From NCBI GenBank assembly GCA_965153285.1, contig OZ229119.1: a stretch of 64,000 nucleotides of DNA, one strand, 5' to 3'. Position numbers and translations under genes: made by a program. This stretch comes from Podarcis tiliguerta. Lineage: Eukaryota. The notes beneath the pieces are model-generated. The model was not told the DNA's origin, searched no databases, and worked only from the letters and a program-made list of their open reading frames with translations. The stretch's first letter is position 1, and each line of letters begins with the position of its first letter. Shown here in pieces: positions 33,072-45,730 of the stretch.

Positions 33072-35975
33072 CACCCACCTCCAAACCTGTGAGCATATCG
33101 TATCTGAGTGGTGCCTGAAAATTTGTTTCTCTCAAATCCACATCCCTTGAACAGTAGCATGCTATGAATAGAGCTAACAGTGAATCTAATGGTACCTTCT
33201 CTACATCAGTTTTATTAACAGATGTAATCAAAGGACAGAATAAACTGCCAATCCTGACAATGAGGAGGAAGATGAGAAAGGGATTTTAACTGTCCTTACC
33301 GTGGGAATGATTCACAAAGACATATTCACGCCATTTTCTTTCCTTTTAACTGCTTTCACAATGGAGCATGAGATTGTTAAAATACAAACATACTAAAGTC
33401 ATGCTGTGCTGAACATGAAATATTTATTTCATAATTTGAACAGTTTCATTGGAATTAAAGTCAAATTTTACAAAGCAGCCAGACTTTGAGATCAATGTAT
33501 TATATTTCCTGTAATGGAATTTTTGTACAGATTTGCTATAGTATTATGTGCATTGAAAATGTGCATTCAGTACTCCGAAGAATCATGTGGTCTTATTGGG
33601 AATCCACCATAAAGCGTGAAGTTGTTGGAAGCAGGACGCAGAAGGATGTTAGTCACAAAACTGTTACGTAAATGTAATGGCTGTTGGCTGTTAAAGCTGT
33701 CTTGTTTCCGATATATTGAGTTACTCGTAATAAGCCTTGTCTGAAGATGTATATTTGGGGAGGGTGGGTGAAGTTGCACAAAATTACATCTCTCTCGTCC
33801 AGTATAAAGCCCTACTTAGGTGCATGATACGACTTTTGAAAATTAGACCACAAAACAAAATATAGCATAATAATCTGCAAAAACTAAATAAATACGTATA
33901 ATATATGCAGTCAGTGAAATGCTGGTACCTAAGTAGTAGGTACAGTTCTGCATGATGTAGTCTACAGTCATTGGAGCGTTGGAAGATGTGCGAAGTTATG
34001 TAGGTGGAACCAAAGAGTGAAAGGGCCAACTCTCAGTAATAGGGGAGCGGGGAAGGATATGACTGCAGTTAAATTGAATGTGGCTGCTGGAGAAGTAAAA
34101 ACTGATTAACAAATAACTCTTTTACTTTACATAAAATGATGGAATTCAAGCTAAAGAAAGTTGTAATTCCTTTGTAGCAGATTTAAGTGGGGGGAAAACA
34201 TTACATGGCTTCTTGAAGAATATGGTAATGGCACATGGGAAAACACCCTTAACTTTTGTTTGTCTCAAAGTTACCAGAACCAGATATATTTGAAAGGTAA
34301 GGAGTGGTTTGAAGTTGCATTCCAGAAGAGTTTTATGTTGTTGAATGTGATGCACTGATTTTATGTTACAGCATTTTTATATATTCCTTGTGAATTATTC
34401 ACTGCTTCCTTAACTATTGTTTACAGAGAGACTTGAAAAATCGGTTAAGTTCTCTTTTTAAGTGCTGTAGCAACATAGTGGTTCGAGAATCCTGTGAGGG
34501 GGATTTGGGGAGGGGACCTTAATACAGATGATCGAGACCAGTGTAAAGAATGTTTATCTGTATATACATAATTTATCAAATAGTTTTCTCTTTGTGAGTG
34601 TGTGCGTGTGTGTGTGTTAGTATATTTAAAAGCTGCTCATTTCATTTTATCCAACCAAAAATGTAGGAAGATATCTAATGGGCTTGTTAGTAATGATCAA
34701 TATTGCTGTTAATAGGCACTGTACCCTGCAACTTCACTGCATGTTTGATGCTTGGCAAAACTAGCATTTCCTGTAATATGCAGATTACAGGTATTAAAGC
34801 AATCTAGTGGTATTCCCGCCCCTTGCCTTAGTAAGAGGAGCAGTGAAACTGTAAATAGTTGATGTTCAGTATTTTCAAGTAGGCATTTTCCCTCTAGCCG
34901 TTTCTTTGATCACCAGGTGTGCATAGTTTGCAAGTACCAGATATCAAGATTTACAGAAGTGCAACATTAGTGTACTTGAATGTTTAATACTGGAAAAATT
35001 CAACTTTGTCTTTGACACGCTATTTTTGAGGGAAAGAGAATGAAGTTGGGTGCAGGGATGGCAAAAGAGGCCTGTGCCATTTTGTCAGATACAACTTAGA
35101 ACTATAATAAGAATATATTATTCTTACAACACTACTTGTAAACTTTAGTTTCAAGCTGAACATGTTTGAGCAGAGCCATCTATTTCTTATTTTACATTAC
35201 AAGGAGTTGACTCCCTTTTGGAGAAAGCGTAGCTCTGCAGAATCTCATTTGATGTTGAAAGCCCTCCGTAATCTATTTGCTAAATATATTTCATAGCTCC
35301 AGAAAAATCTGTGTAATATACATCTATATTTCTTTTGCAAGTTACAGTAATGTGTACCATATGGATTCCTTGTACAAATAATTGTGTCCTTGATAGTGAA
35401 AATAAATCCTACTTCAGTTGAGCCAAAATACTTGGGTGTAAATTTTGCTTAACTCTATGCTGCAAAAAGAAAATATAATGGAGTTAGAATTGCCCAGAAG
35501 AAGGTTCTACATCTGAGGCAGCTAGAATAATTCTAGTAGTCTGAAATACTGAAGGGTTTTTTTCTGAAATCTGGCAGATTGGGTGGGGGGGAGTATCTAT
35601 GCAGCATTTTTTTCTACCAAGAACTCTGTTATTTATTGCAGCAGACCACACCATTCTAGAGGGCTGCATGAAAGCGATCCAAATATACTGGATAGATATT
35701 CATTGATCTATTCAGAACAAGCAAATGAAAAAATTGTTTCTGCCCTAGATAAGCTATTTTCTTTTTGCAGGTTTTAAGTTTCTCAATGCTCTCCTAAGTT
35801 GTTTTAACAGTTAATATGCATAAGAGCATCATTGTTTAAAACTGAGTATTTTTTTTAATTTACCTTATTTATAACTGTGCCAAGCATTATTTTACTACTG
35901 TCAAAATGTTGATGTATTACATGGTGAACAAAATCTGTAAAATGTTTAATAAAAATAGCACTCCTTACATAAATT
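33072..35975 (+). other. ZDHHC17: ZDHHC17 long 3'UTR (end approximate)
   Basis: AT-rich sequence with no obvious TE after the stop codon; AATAAA at 35401-35406, 35948-35953 and 36007-36012. Confidence 0.65.
35948..35953 (+). terminator. ZDHHC17: Probable ZDHHC17 polyadenylation signal AATAAA
   Basis: Canonical hexamer, with upstream TGTA and a downstream T/GT-rich tract (ttgtcattttttgt). Confidence 0.55.
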
Positions 35976-38394
35976 AAAATTGTCATTTTTTGTAAGTTAT
36001 TAATCAAATAAATACTTGTCTCCTAGATGCTAGCATTTGTCTTTACTTCAGCAAGAGTTTCTTGTTCTCCTGCTCAGAACACTCAGGAATTTATTCTTAG
36101 GAGATTGGAGTAACCTCCTAATTAGCAGAAAAGGAGCCAAAGAGCCCATTGCTACCTCAGTAAGTAGACTAGCGGAGCATTTTTTTCCAGCATTGGAGTT
36201 AAACTTTGCATGTTGGTGACACTTTGTATACATGCATCATTTCACCACACAGTCCTTCGGTTTTCCAGCCTCTGGAGAAGTGCCGGGAGCATTCATGCGA
36301 CACACTTAACATGTTGCGAGAAACAGTTTGGGAAGCTCTGATCCACAAGTTATTCTTAAACCAACTTTGTACTTTCCCACCCCTACCCCCCAGCTTTTGA
36401 GAGCCAAGATCATGCAGGAAGGCTTTAATAGCAATTATGCTCTATAGCGGGGGTGGGCTAGTTGAATCAAGAACTGGTCCAGGCCCGGCCCTGCACTGCA
36501 CCCACCTGATATCACGGGGAGAAGAGGTGGTGCAAAGTTAAAGCCATGTCTCTCCTTTTGCACCCCCAGCCTGAACTGAAAGCTGGGGAGGCAAAAGAAT
36601 AATTTCTGAGGTGGGTGACAGAGCTGCTTTTTGCTATGAAAGAATAGTAACACTTACTGTGGTGCTTAGATTGGGAACAGCAGATCTCTAGTTTGTCAGG
36701 TAGCTGCAGTTTGGCCAAAATGACCAGTGAAAATAGCTTTAACTGTTGTTATTGCATAAGCATTTCTTGCTCTTATTGTATATGCCCTTGGCCTCGATTT
36801 GTTAATTATATGGTTGTAAGAACACAGAGTTAAAGAATAATTAGTACTCTGATTTGGGGATCCTTGTTCAGAATTGTGCTGTGCACACAGATGACGTTGA
36901 AAGGAGATATGAAGTCATTTCTTTGGCAGCCTAACCATTTATTGTTGAGACATGCATACTTTGTCCTTGCTTCAAAAATTTCAAAATGACCCACATGTAC
37001 ATAAGCATACCAAGCAAACTCGCATGATTAACAAAAGCAAAATAGCATCTTGGCTTGAAATAAGATGTCCATTATCCCAGTTCATACTGCAAAAATAGCA
37101 AAGCCCATAGTTCATATATACTTAGATGTCTAAAATCTCTGTAGTGAAGTCTACTATGGAGTAGGGATATGGGAACAAGTTACCAAATGAATAAAATCTG
37201 ACAAAAATTGTTTTTGTCTATAACACAAGAAACTGTTTAACAAGTGAAACCTTAGTTTCCCTACGCTTTCTAGTTACTGTCCTGTCTGCTTCTTCCCCTG
37301 TCCCCAGAAATTAGTGCCTTGGTGAACTGCCTCATCCACAATGTCGAAGATACCCTAGTAAGTGGTTAGAAGTACTGGTCCCTTTGCAGAAGTCTGAATC
37401 ACAAATGACATTTTTGTTACTGTGTATATTCCAAAATGTCATAACCCTGGCCAATTATAGTTGTAGGGCTAACTCTACAAGCAATTCAGAACATCAGTAT
37501 TCAAAGAGTAATAACAAGATTTGAGGCTTTCTAGAAGTTACTCCAGACTCTTAATGTTCTCATAACTGCAGTATATATCATAGACTTGGATCTTATAGTA
37601 AACTTGAGTTCATAGAGTTCCCCCTGTGCTCCATCCAACCTCTTCCCAAACAGCATGTGCAGCTGAAATGGGACTAGGGAAGGAGAGAGGAGGGAACTTC
37701 CTTGTGAGTCAAGCTATGGTCCTGTCCCCCCCCCCCCAGTCTCTCTTTAGGATACCATGAATTAGAATAGCCAGAGCAGAGATCTACTGCAGAAGATACC
37801 TCAGTTGCATTTTTAGAAGTTGCTGCCTTTCTGACATCAAGGTAACCTCACATATGTTGTCTGTGAAACTACTGAGATGGACAGTTAACATAGTGCTATG
37901 ATGACCATTTGCACTAGCCCTGTTCAGGTGTTCATCCCCTATAAAAGGGGCAGAGCAAGGGATGGGTGGTTGTCAGCTTATTGGCCTTAACTCTGCCATT
38001 ATCCCATCATTCCCTAGAAGGGAACCTGCTATACTTAGTGGAGTAACACCAGGATTCTAAATTATGGACTCCATGAGTAGAGCAGGTTCCTGTTTTAGAA
38101 GTTACTTCTCCAGAGTGGAGTAGGCAAGACCAGTGAGCATAATTGGGAAGGTTAATGCCTGAGCAGGGCTACTGCAAATCTACCATGACAGACTTGGCTA
38201 TAATGGATTAACATGCTTTTTACTCCCAGTCTTCCCATTACCTGATGAAGTGCTTGTTTAGGCATCAAGCAACTCATACCACGCTTCAAATGTTGCAGGC
38301 AAAGCAATATATAGATGCAGATCTGTAGGCAGTAGAAACAGGACAATTTTCTCCAGGGGGCCTTTCAACACACAAATCTTCTAAGCAAAAAAGA

Positions 38395-38400
38395 TTTACT
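38395..38400 (-). terminator. CSRP2: Probable CSRP2 variant polyadenylation signal AGTAAA
   Basis: AGTAAA on the - strand ~165 nt after the stop, followed by a U-rich then GU-rich (tttgtgtgttg) tract; no AATAAA seen until 36938-36943. Confidence 0.45.
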
Positions 38401-38563
38401 GAACCCAATTGACAGTGCATGTAAAAAGTGTGCTTTTAAGGCTTGAGAAAATGCAATACTTTAAGACAAGCAACGGCATAGGACACTAGTTATCAGTTTC
38501 ACAGTAATTAGTGGCATTTAAGTTGTAACTATAGAACCATTTCAGTGCAATGGCACTAACGAA

Positions 38564-38640
38564 TCATTGAGCATGAACCAGAGCACCAGCTCCCTGCCCA
38601 TAGCCAAATCCTTTGGGGCCAAAGTTCTTCGCATAACAAC
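38564..38640 (-). CDS. CSRP2: CSRP2 last coding exon: (G)[24 protein letters not shown]
   Basis: ccttgcag acceptor on the - strand; Gly-rich CRP repeat; TGA at 38566-38564. Confidence 0.96.
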
Positions 38641-39074
38641 CTGCAAGGATAAATAGTAGACTGTCAGTTCAATTCTAGCAGTTGTTTTGGTGAAATAATA
38701 AAATCAGGTACTCGAGCAGATTTACAGAACATTTTTAAAAATGAGTTTCTATTGTTTTCCAGGGCAAAATTATTCCTTATACCTATAGAGCTGTCACTTC
38801 TGAAAGAAGGAAACTGCTATACAAATCCTTTTGGCTGGTGTAAAATAGTTGTCCCTAACCATCCACAGCAATGATTTAAGATTACTTCCTTAGCTGAAAA
38901 CCTGATACCTTCAATATTTTCCAACTATCACTTAAATTGACAAAATAGTTATCCACTTAAAGAACAGTTGCAGAATAGATTCCTTTGACCTGTTGACCAC
39001 CCCTTCCTGGAATCAAACCATATGACTCTTCACCGGAACAAGCAATTTTTATGCCCTTTGCCTTAACCTCTTAC

Positions 39075-39168
39075 CTTTGCAATAGATTTCACCGTCCTTC
39101 TCTGTCAGAGTTGTTGATTCAAGGCTTTTCCCACACTTGGCACAGCGAAAGCAGTTTTTGTGCCAAGG
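39075..39168 (-). CDS. CSRP2: CSRP2 exon 5, LIM2: [31 protein letters not shown](G)
   Basis: tctatctag acceptor, G|gtaag donor; LIM zinc-binding Cys/His spacing. Confidence 0.97.
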
Positions 39169-39510
39169 CTAGATAGAAAGAGAGCACATTTATTTTAGGC
39201 TTCTGTATTGCACCATTAAAAAAATCCAAATCTTTATTTTCAAGTAGCCATTACAAAAAAAAAAAAAAAAAGTTTTCTTCTTAGAGTTATCTTGCTATTC
39301 ATATGAGCTTGATCTATTAGTAAAAAACACTTAAGTACAAACTCTCTCAAGACTGCAAATCTCTTCCTCCTCAAAGAGATCTACTTGCTCACCTCTTGTA
39401 AGAGAGCAAGCTACCCCACTCTTAACAAGTCAAGATTTTATCTACAATTAATGAAACTGAAAAATGTCAGTGATGCTTGGCAAGGTATTTGCAACAATAT
39501 GCCACCTTAC

Positions 39511-39640
39511 CTTTCCAGCTCCTATTACTTTCTCGGCTGCATACACAGAATCACCACACCTGGAACATTTCTCTGCTCCTCCAAATTTCTGGGCAAACTT
39601 TGAAGTATTTGGACTTGTTGTAGGTCGGTGAGAAGGTGCA
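39511..39640 (-). CDS. CSRP2: CSRP2 exon 4: (N)[43 protein letters not shown]
   Basis: ttttag acceptor, AAG|gtaag donor. Confidence 0.96.
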
Positions 39641-40498
39641 CTAAAATAAAGTAAAGGTGCCCTAGCGTGAATATCCCATTATTTATTATTATTAAATTTG
39701 TGTCCTGCCCTTCAATCATAGATCAAAGGACGGTCCACAACATAAAAATACATAATAAAAACAACAGGGGGGAAACCCCACAAACCAATAACCTAGTGCA
39801 GATGCATACTAGCCCATAGTTATACTTCTATATGCTGGCTCACTTAACTCTCACAATGCTGTTGTAATGATTTTCCCTCAATTTGCACCTGTAATATGAA
39901 AGAGGTTTTTAAAGACAGCCATGTTCGCAAATTATCCCTTAGTTTGAACAATGGCTAGGTTTACAAACATGCACGGCTAAAAATGTGCTTGTCAGGATTT
40001 TTGCTCTAAAGTTCACTGGAATTTATAAAAACAACTTTTATCGAAAGCCCACATCAATACAGCCTCATTTGTGCCTGAAGTTCTGGCTATGATAAAGACT
40101 GCCACAGTATTCCCTGTATTCTTTAAAATGCAGCCCTTCTACAGATCTGAGTTTCTTTTCGCCTTGTGGCTTGTTTGTCTTTAAAACATATCCCCTGTCA
40201 TTTAGGGAGGTGCCCTCACCAGCCAAGTATTCTTATCCATTTAGAGGGCCCTGAAAATCCTACTACAATCAATGAGGTTATGGTGGACTGCATCATGGCT
40301 TTTCATTTTACAGTGAAGGTGCTCTATAGCCTTGAGAACTATAAATTCATCTGAGGCATAATATCGAGGCTTTGAAGCCTTCATCTGAACAGAAGGAACT
40401 GCTCAGCATCCAACATATTGAGACTGTTCAAATGAAATACCAAGCCTTGCTCGCAATTACTACCCGCCCCCAATGCTCCTGGCATACTGGAAGCCATA

Positions 40499-40499
<1 letters not shown>

Positions 40500-40548
<49 letters not shown>
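40500..40548. repeat. (CTG)16 trinucleotide repeat in CSRP2 intron 3 (CAG on the transcribed strand)
   Basis: Directly visible, uninterrupted. Confidence 0.95.
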
Positions 40549-41077
40549 ACAAGCCAATGTGCACTGGTTTTGATTCAAGAGGAAGCAACTGAAGCCGAGT
40601 GCATAAAGAGAAGAGGAAGTGCACGCAAACACAATTCTCATTGTGCCCAAACCATGGTTTGGTGTCACATGTGAATTAGACATTGGTTTGCCCCATCGTA
40701 TATATTAGGCTGGATATTCATGAGATTCTAAAGTAACATAACATGATTTAAGAGGTGGACCCTTAATTATAAAACACTTACCAATAGAGCCTAGCTGCGT
40801 CACTTCCATAATAAACAGCTTTCTGAGAAAACTGAATCACTATTACACACAGAGAACAAACCAGGGTCGACTCATTTCCAGAGATGTTTGTTCCCTGGAC
40901 AGCTGCTAATAACGAAGGCTTAGTTATATAATCAGAGTGAACTTTACCATTCCACCATTGCTTAGGGACAATACACAATACAGACACGACAAAAGCATGG
41001 CTGCAGGCTGTTTCATGTAGGGTCTCACTGCCAGCTGCAGTTACAAGTAGCTGAAGTAGAATGCAAGTTACACTTAC

Positions 41078-41246
41078 TTGTCATGCTTGATGCCCAGCCT
41101 CTCCCCTCTGTCCATATTAAGAGTGCCTGCTCCTTGGCCATAGCCATAGCCTTTTGGACCGTACTTCTTTCCATAGCATGATTTGCAGTAGACCTCTTCG
41201 TCATGGATGGCTACTGTTGTGCTGTCTAAGTTTTTCCGGCAGACCA
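41078..41246 (-). CDS. CSRP2: CSRP2 exon 3: (M)[55 protein letters not shown](N)
   Basis: ttttccag acceptor, AA|gtaagt donor; second half of LIM1 plus KKYGPK and the Gly-rich repeat. Confidence 0.97.
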
Positions 41247-41641
41247 CTGGAAAAGAAAGAAAGAAAGAATTTACTTCTTCAAAAAACGGATGCCTATTTA
41301 TTAACAGAAAGGAACATTAAGTGCCAGGGGGGGAAAGTGCCTCTGGTAGTTCTTAAACCTTAGCGGACTACTGGAAAATGAAAAGAGGGGAATGTTTTTG
41401 AATTGCTGGATTACATTTTGCTCTACTGAGGGGCTTGTCCCTCCTTCCCATTCTTAATTGTGACATTTACAGAATGGAAGCTTGATGCAGTTTAATTAAC
41501 AAGGCTGCAAGAGAAGCCAGGAACTGAGGTCAGCAATTTTCCCTCCTGCTTTTTTAAAACAACCAACATGTTTAATTATGCAACAGTTCCCACTTTTACA
41601 AAGTATCCATAACTAGAGGCACTAAAAAAAATATTAGTGCA

Positions 41642-41651
41642 CCTTATATGG
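41642..41651. promoter_or_regulatory. Perfect CArG box CCTTATATGG (candidate SRF site) in CSRP2 intron 2
   Basis: Exact CC(A/T)6GG match in non-repeat intronic DNA of a smooth-muscle SRF-pathway gene. Confidence 0.4.
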
Positions 41652-43309
41652 GTACTCCATTTGAGAGACTTACTGGGAATACTGACCCAACTTAAATCCA
41701 TGTCCTGAAATACCATTAGTAGCCTATTTCTGCTTTTAAACTTTTAAGTTGCTTGTTCTGTTTCCTGGGAATGAGGCCAGAATTTCTCTGTTAATGAGAA
41801 AATATGGGCAGTTCTATATGAGCACTCAGCACAACAGAGTCCACGTGCTCTCCACCATTCACATTCAAGAAGTTTACTTCAGGGCAACATGCTTTAGTTA
41901 ACACCACTACGACTTGAAAATTCAGTATTATTTTTGCATATCACCAGAAACAGGCAGTTCAGAACTCACCTAGTAAGAAAAATATATATATTGATCCATA
42001 AGACTGCAAGAGCTTTTGCATTTAAATGGTCTGTATCAGGACAAAATGTGACATAACAATAGGTGCACAAATGCATCTCCACTCTTATTATTTTTTGCAC
42101 ACTGCAGCCACAGGGGAGTGGCAGTCAAGATCACAGCACAAAGGATTGACGCCAGCACTAGCCATTCCTCACACCCAATGAAAATACAGTAGCCAACTTT
42201 TAACTGGCATTGCAAAGGTTACGAAGATAGAAATGCATTTCTGCTCACGTCTCGTCTGCCCATCGCTATTCCACATCAAATGTGACTCAAGCTGCATTGC
42301 AGAACTAGATTCTATTGTGTGCGTTTTTGCCTCTTTTTGAAGCAGAGCAGTGCCACACTTTGGGTTTTGACCCCTGTATTCGAATTGTGTAGTGTACAAT
42401 GTGTTCCATTATTATCTCACAAGACACTGTTTAGTTTCATGAAAAAAATTGTCAGGAAAAATCATGCCTTCTGACTAGGAGGGCTCTTGCCTTTAATCCC
42501 AGATTTGTAGAGGCCAAATGAGATAACCAATTCCTTCACAGCTCCTCAGAAACTTATTCCTTCATATTTTCCATGTCCAAGCCTAAACAGGAAGAAGCAA
42601 TCCTGAACCTAAACTGCAAATAGTTTGAGCTTATTCTGTTACCTTCCCAGCTTTGCTGCTTAGCTCATTGACTTTCTTGCTACCATGAGGTTTGACAGCT
42701 GTTATCGACTGCCCTGCTTTTCCTGAAGTGCAGCTACTGAAAATTCCAGGCCCTGCCTCCCCCCACCCAAATTGCTTGTTGCTCTTACTAATTTCATGAC
42801 ATGAGCTTGGGCAAACTACAATCCACATTTAATGTCACAACAATATTGCTCTTCTTTGTGGCAGCTGCATCACAAGGCAGTTATTTGATGCAATCCTTTG
42901 CTTAGTATCTAATGAACATGCTTTTTAGTACAAAAATGCAATTCTTCAATAAGCTGTTGGCCTGAAACATAATCGCATAGACTCTGCTCATTTAAGACAA
43001 TCAACAGCCTCCTGTGCCAAAGCCCAACAGAATTTTGGCTCCACTGTGCTGAAATAGAAAATCAACCAGATCATTCAATTAACTTATTTGGTATGGATGA
43101 GGAAGAGAGCCAACTAATGAATTCTCACAAAATGATCTTTAAAATGTAAACTGCTGGAACAACTTACAGTGTGAAACAGGCATTTTTATGGATTAAACTT
43201 GGTATTTTGTTAACATGCTTAATCTTAGAATATAAATTCAGCTCAGAGCCAACTGAAATGGTGGCTTTGATTTGAAGTGACCAACGTGCAGCAAAGTGAA
43301 AACCTAAAC

Positions 43310-43433
43310 CAGGCATGGGGGACCTGTGGCCCTCCAGATGTTCTGAGACTACAACTCCATTGACCATGCTTCCTGAGGCCAATAGAAGTTGCAGCCCCCA
43401 CACATCTGGAGGACCATAACCTGCCGACCACTG
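43310..43433. mobile_element. hAT MITE
   Basis: Inverted ends cctccagatgt / acatctggagg; 8-bp TSD ACCTAAAC / ACCTAAGC (7/8 match). Confidence 0.8.
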
Positions 43434-43868
43434 ACCTAAGCCTTTCGTTTGCAAAGATGGTGATATAGCTCAGTCTTGAATCCCACTAATTCCAGTCCTT
43501 TTAATACTCTCAGTACTAGACAGAGCTGGTCCACAGAGCAGCTAGAGCAGCTTCTTATTGTTTATGTGCTCAGTTATATGAGACATGCAAGCAGGTCCAC
43601 TTCCTCTGGTGGTCATGCAGTGTCTGAAAATGCTCTCCTGACAAAGACTACTGCATTCCTCTGCTGAAGATACAGTCCTCTCAAGTCATCCTGGGAAGAA
43701 AGGAACTCAAGATTGCTCAAGGCAGCATAGATAGTGCTTGGTATTTTACACTCTTTGTTCCTTGAGGCCATAAGATGTCTGTCTTTGGAGCTGAATAGCA
43801 AAAATTATGGTCCTGCTGCTCACAACTTGCATTGCCCATTCACTGTTTCAACTGAAAAGAGTACTTAC

Positions 43869-43980
43869 TACAAAGAAAGCAACATCTGTGGAAGCTTCTC
43901 CCGTCACACTGAACTTCTTCTGCATGGTACACTGTTCTGCCACAGGCCCCACACTTGTTGCCACCTCCCCAGTTTGGCAT
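43869..43980 (-). CDS. CSRP2: CSRP2 first coding exon: [37 protein letters not shown]
   Basis: ATG at 43980 preceded by ttttgcag|actcaaa (exon starts 43987); A|gtaagt donor; coding exons sum to 582 nt = 193 aa + stop. Confidence 0.97.
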
Positions 43981-45474
43981 TTTGAGTCTGCAAAAGAGAT
44001 GCTAGCAATTAGCAACAAGGTAAAGGTTGTGTTTCCACAGCAGGAGCTTTGCTAACATTTGTAGAAAATAACAATAACTTTTCTAGAACAATCTTAATTT
44101 TCCCCTCCCAACTTCCACTCCCATCAGTTTTTGTTTTAAGTTTTATTAAGGATTTGTGTGTGTGTTACAAAACAAATGAACAGGGAAGGGTATGTCTATT
44201 GTTTCAATTTTCAATTCCTAAGAGTCTTTTTCACAATTCGTTTACATTTAGTGAGAGACACTTTTGTCATAGATATCTTGCTGCTGGGGGGAAGGCGGGG
44301 GAGAGAGTTGGGAGTTACAGGCTGGAGTAACTGCAGGCCGAGGTAAATTTTCATACATTTCTCAAAAAGCAAAGCCTTCCTACTAGGTTTAAGGGAACAA
44401 ATCATTTGTCATGCATAGATTTCTTACAACATCGTAAGAGCATTCCATAGATATTCCGTGTAAGAGAATGATTATAGCAATGTGATGAAAGCAGAGTTGG
44501 GAGTATCCACTGGAGTGCAGCAATTGTTCCAGACAACTCCATCATGCTCAGAAAGCAGGGGAGTAACCTCACCCTCATTCACACAACTGGAACCGGAACA
44601 GTATGCCCCAGTGCATGTTCTCTCTCACACACACCTATTTTCCAATCAGCAGAGGAAGTGAATATGTGCAGCACCATACCCCACTGGAGGGGTGCAAGGG
44701 ACAATAGCAAATGGCTCATTCTCCTAAATGTCTCTGGTGCAGGCTCCCTAATCCAACATCATTAAACTCTCCACAGCTCCCTCTTCCATAGAAAAGAGAA
44801 GGATGCAAGCTGGAACCATGAGCAGATCCTGAAGGCTCAAAAGAAAATATATTTTGGGGTGGAAAGGAGCAAGGAATGTTATTAAACTCTACTGACCAAG
44901 GACACAGATTAGTTTTGAGATAAATGCCTCAAAAACACAAAGCCAGTTTCTATCCTCCAGTGGTGGTTAGCACACAGCAAGAAAGTGTAAAAAGGAAAAC
45001 AAATATTTTAAAATATTGTAAGCTGCCTGGAGTGGGTATTTGCTTAGAAAGGTGTATCCAAACTTTTAAAATTGGTAAATGGAACATCTCTATGTGGCGA
45101 AAAGGTATCTTTGTTTTCCATTTTAACACGCAGCCCAAGAACAAATAAGGAAAAACTAATAAAAGGTGCTTTAAAAAATCTTTTAATATGCCTGTTGAAA
45201 CACAGTTTCTGCTTGCTTAGCGGGGGCGATGTGGGGCAGAGAAAACACCTGTCCCACTGAACATTTGTCTAGTGGGTGAGAGAGACAACTAGAAGAGTCT
45301 AAGTCAAGTGAAGTCCACATTGGAAGCAGCAATTGCCCCCAAGATATCCTGGCCTCAAACTATTGATACTCAATGAAGCTAAACTCCCTCTGAGCCACTG
45401 ATAAGGCAATCTTGTTTGCCTGTCTTCCATAGGCCTTATTTTTGGAATGGAAAGTTTTTCAATTTCACTTACGA

Positions 45475-45730
45475 CAGTCGTACCTTGGTTGTCGAACGGA
45501 ATCTGTTCTGGAAGTCTATTGAACTTCTGAAAACGTTCAACAACTAAGACGCAGCTTCTGACTGGCTGCAGGGGCTTCCTGCGCTCAGTTGGAAGCCGTG
45601 TAAGCTGCGTTGGACATTCGGGTTCAACGCAAAGAACATTCACAAACCAGTGAACTCACTTCCGGGTTTGCGGCATTCGGAAGCCAAAATGTTCCGAGTT
45701 GCAAGGCGTTTGGGATCCAAGGTACGACTG
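45475..45730. mobile_element. Tigger-like MITE
   Basis: TIR CAGTCGTACCTTGG / CCAAGGTACGACTG followed by TA. Confidence 0.85.

Noticed and set aside
40372-40683. Poly-Cys and poly-Ala ORFs
   Set aside because: Translations of the intronic (CTG)16 repeat; no splice or coding support.
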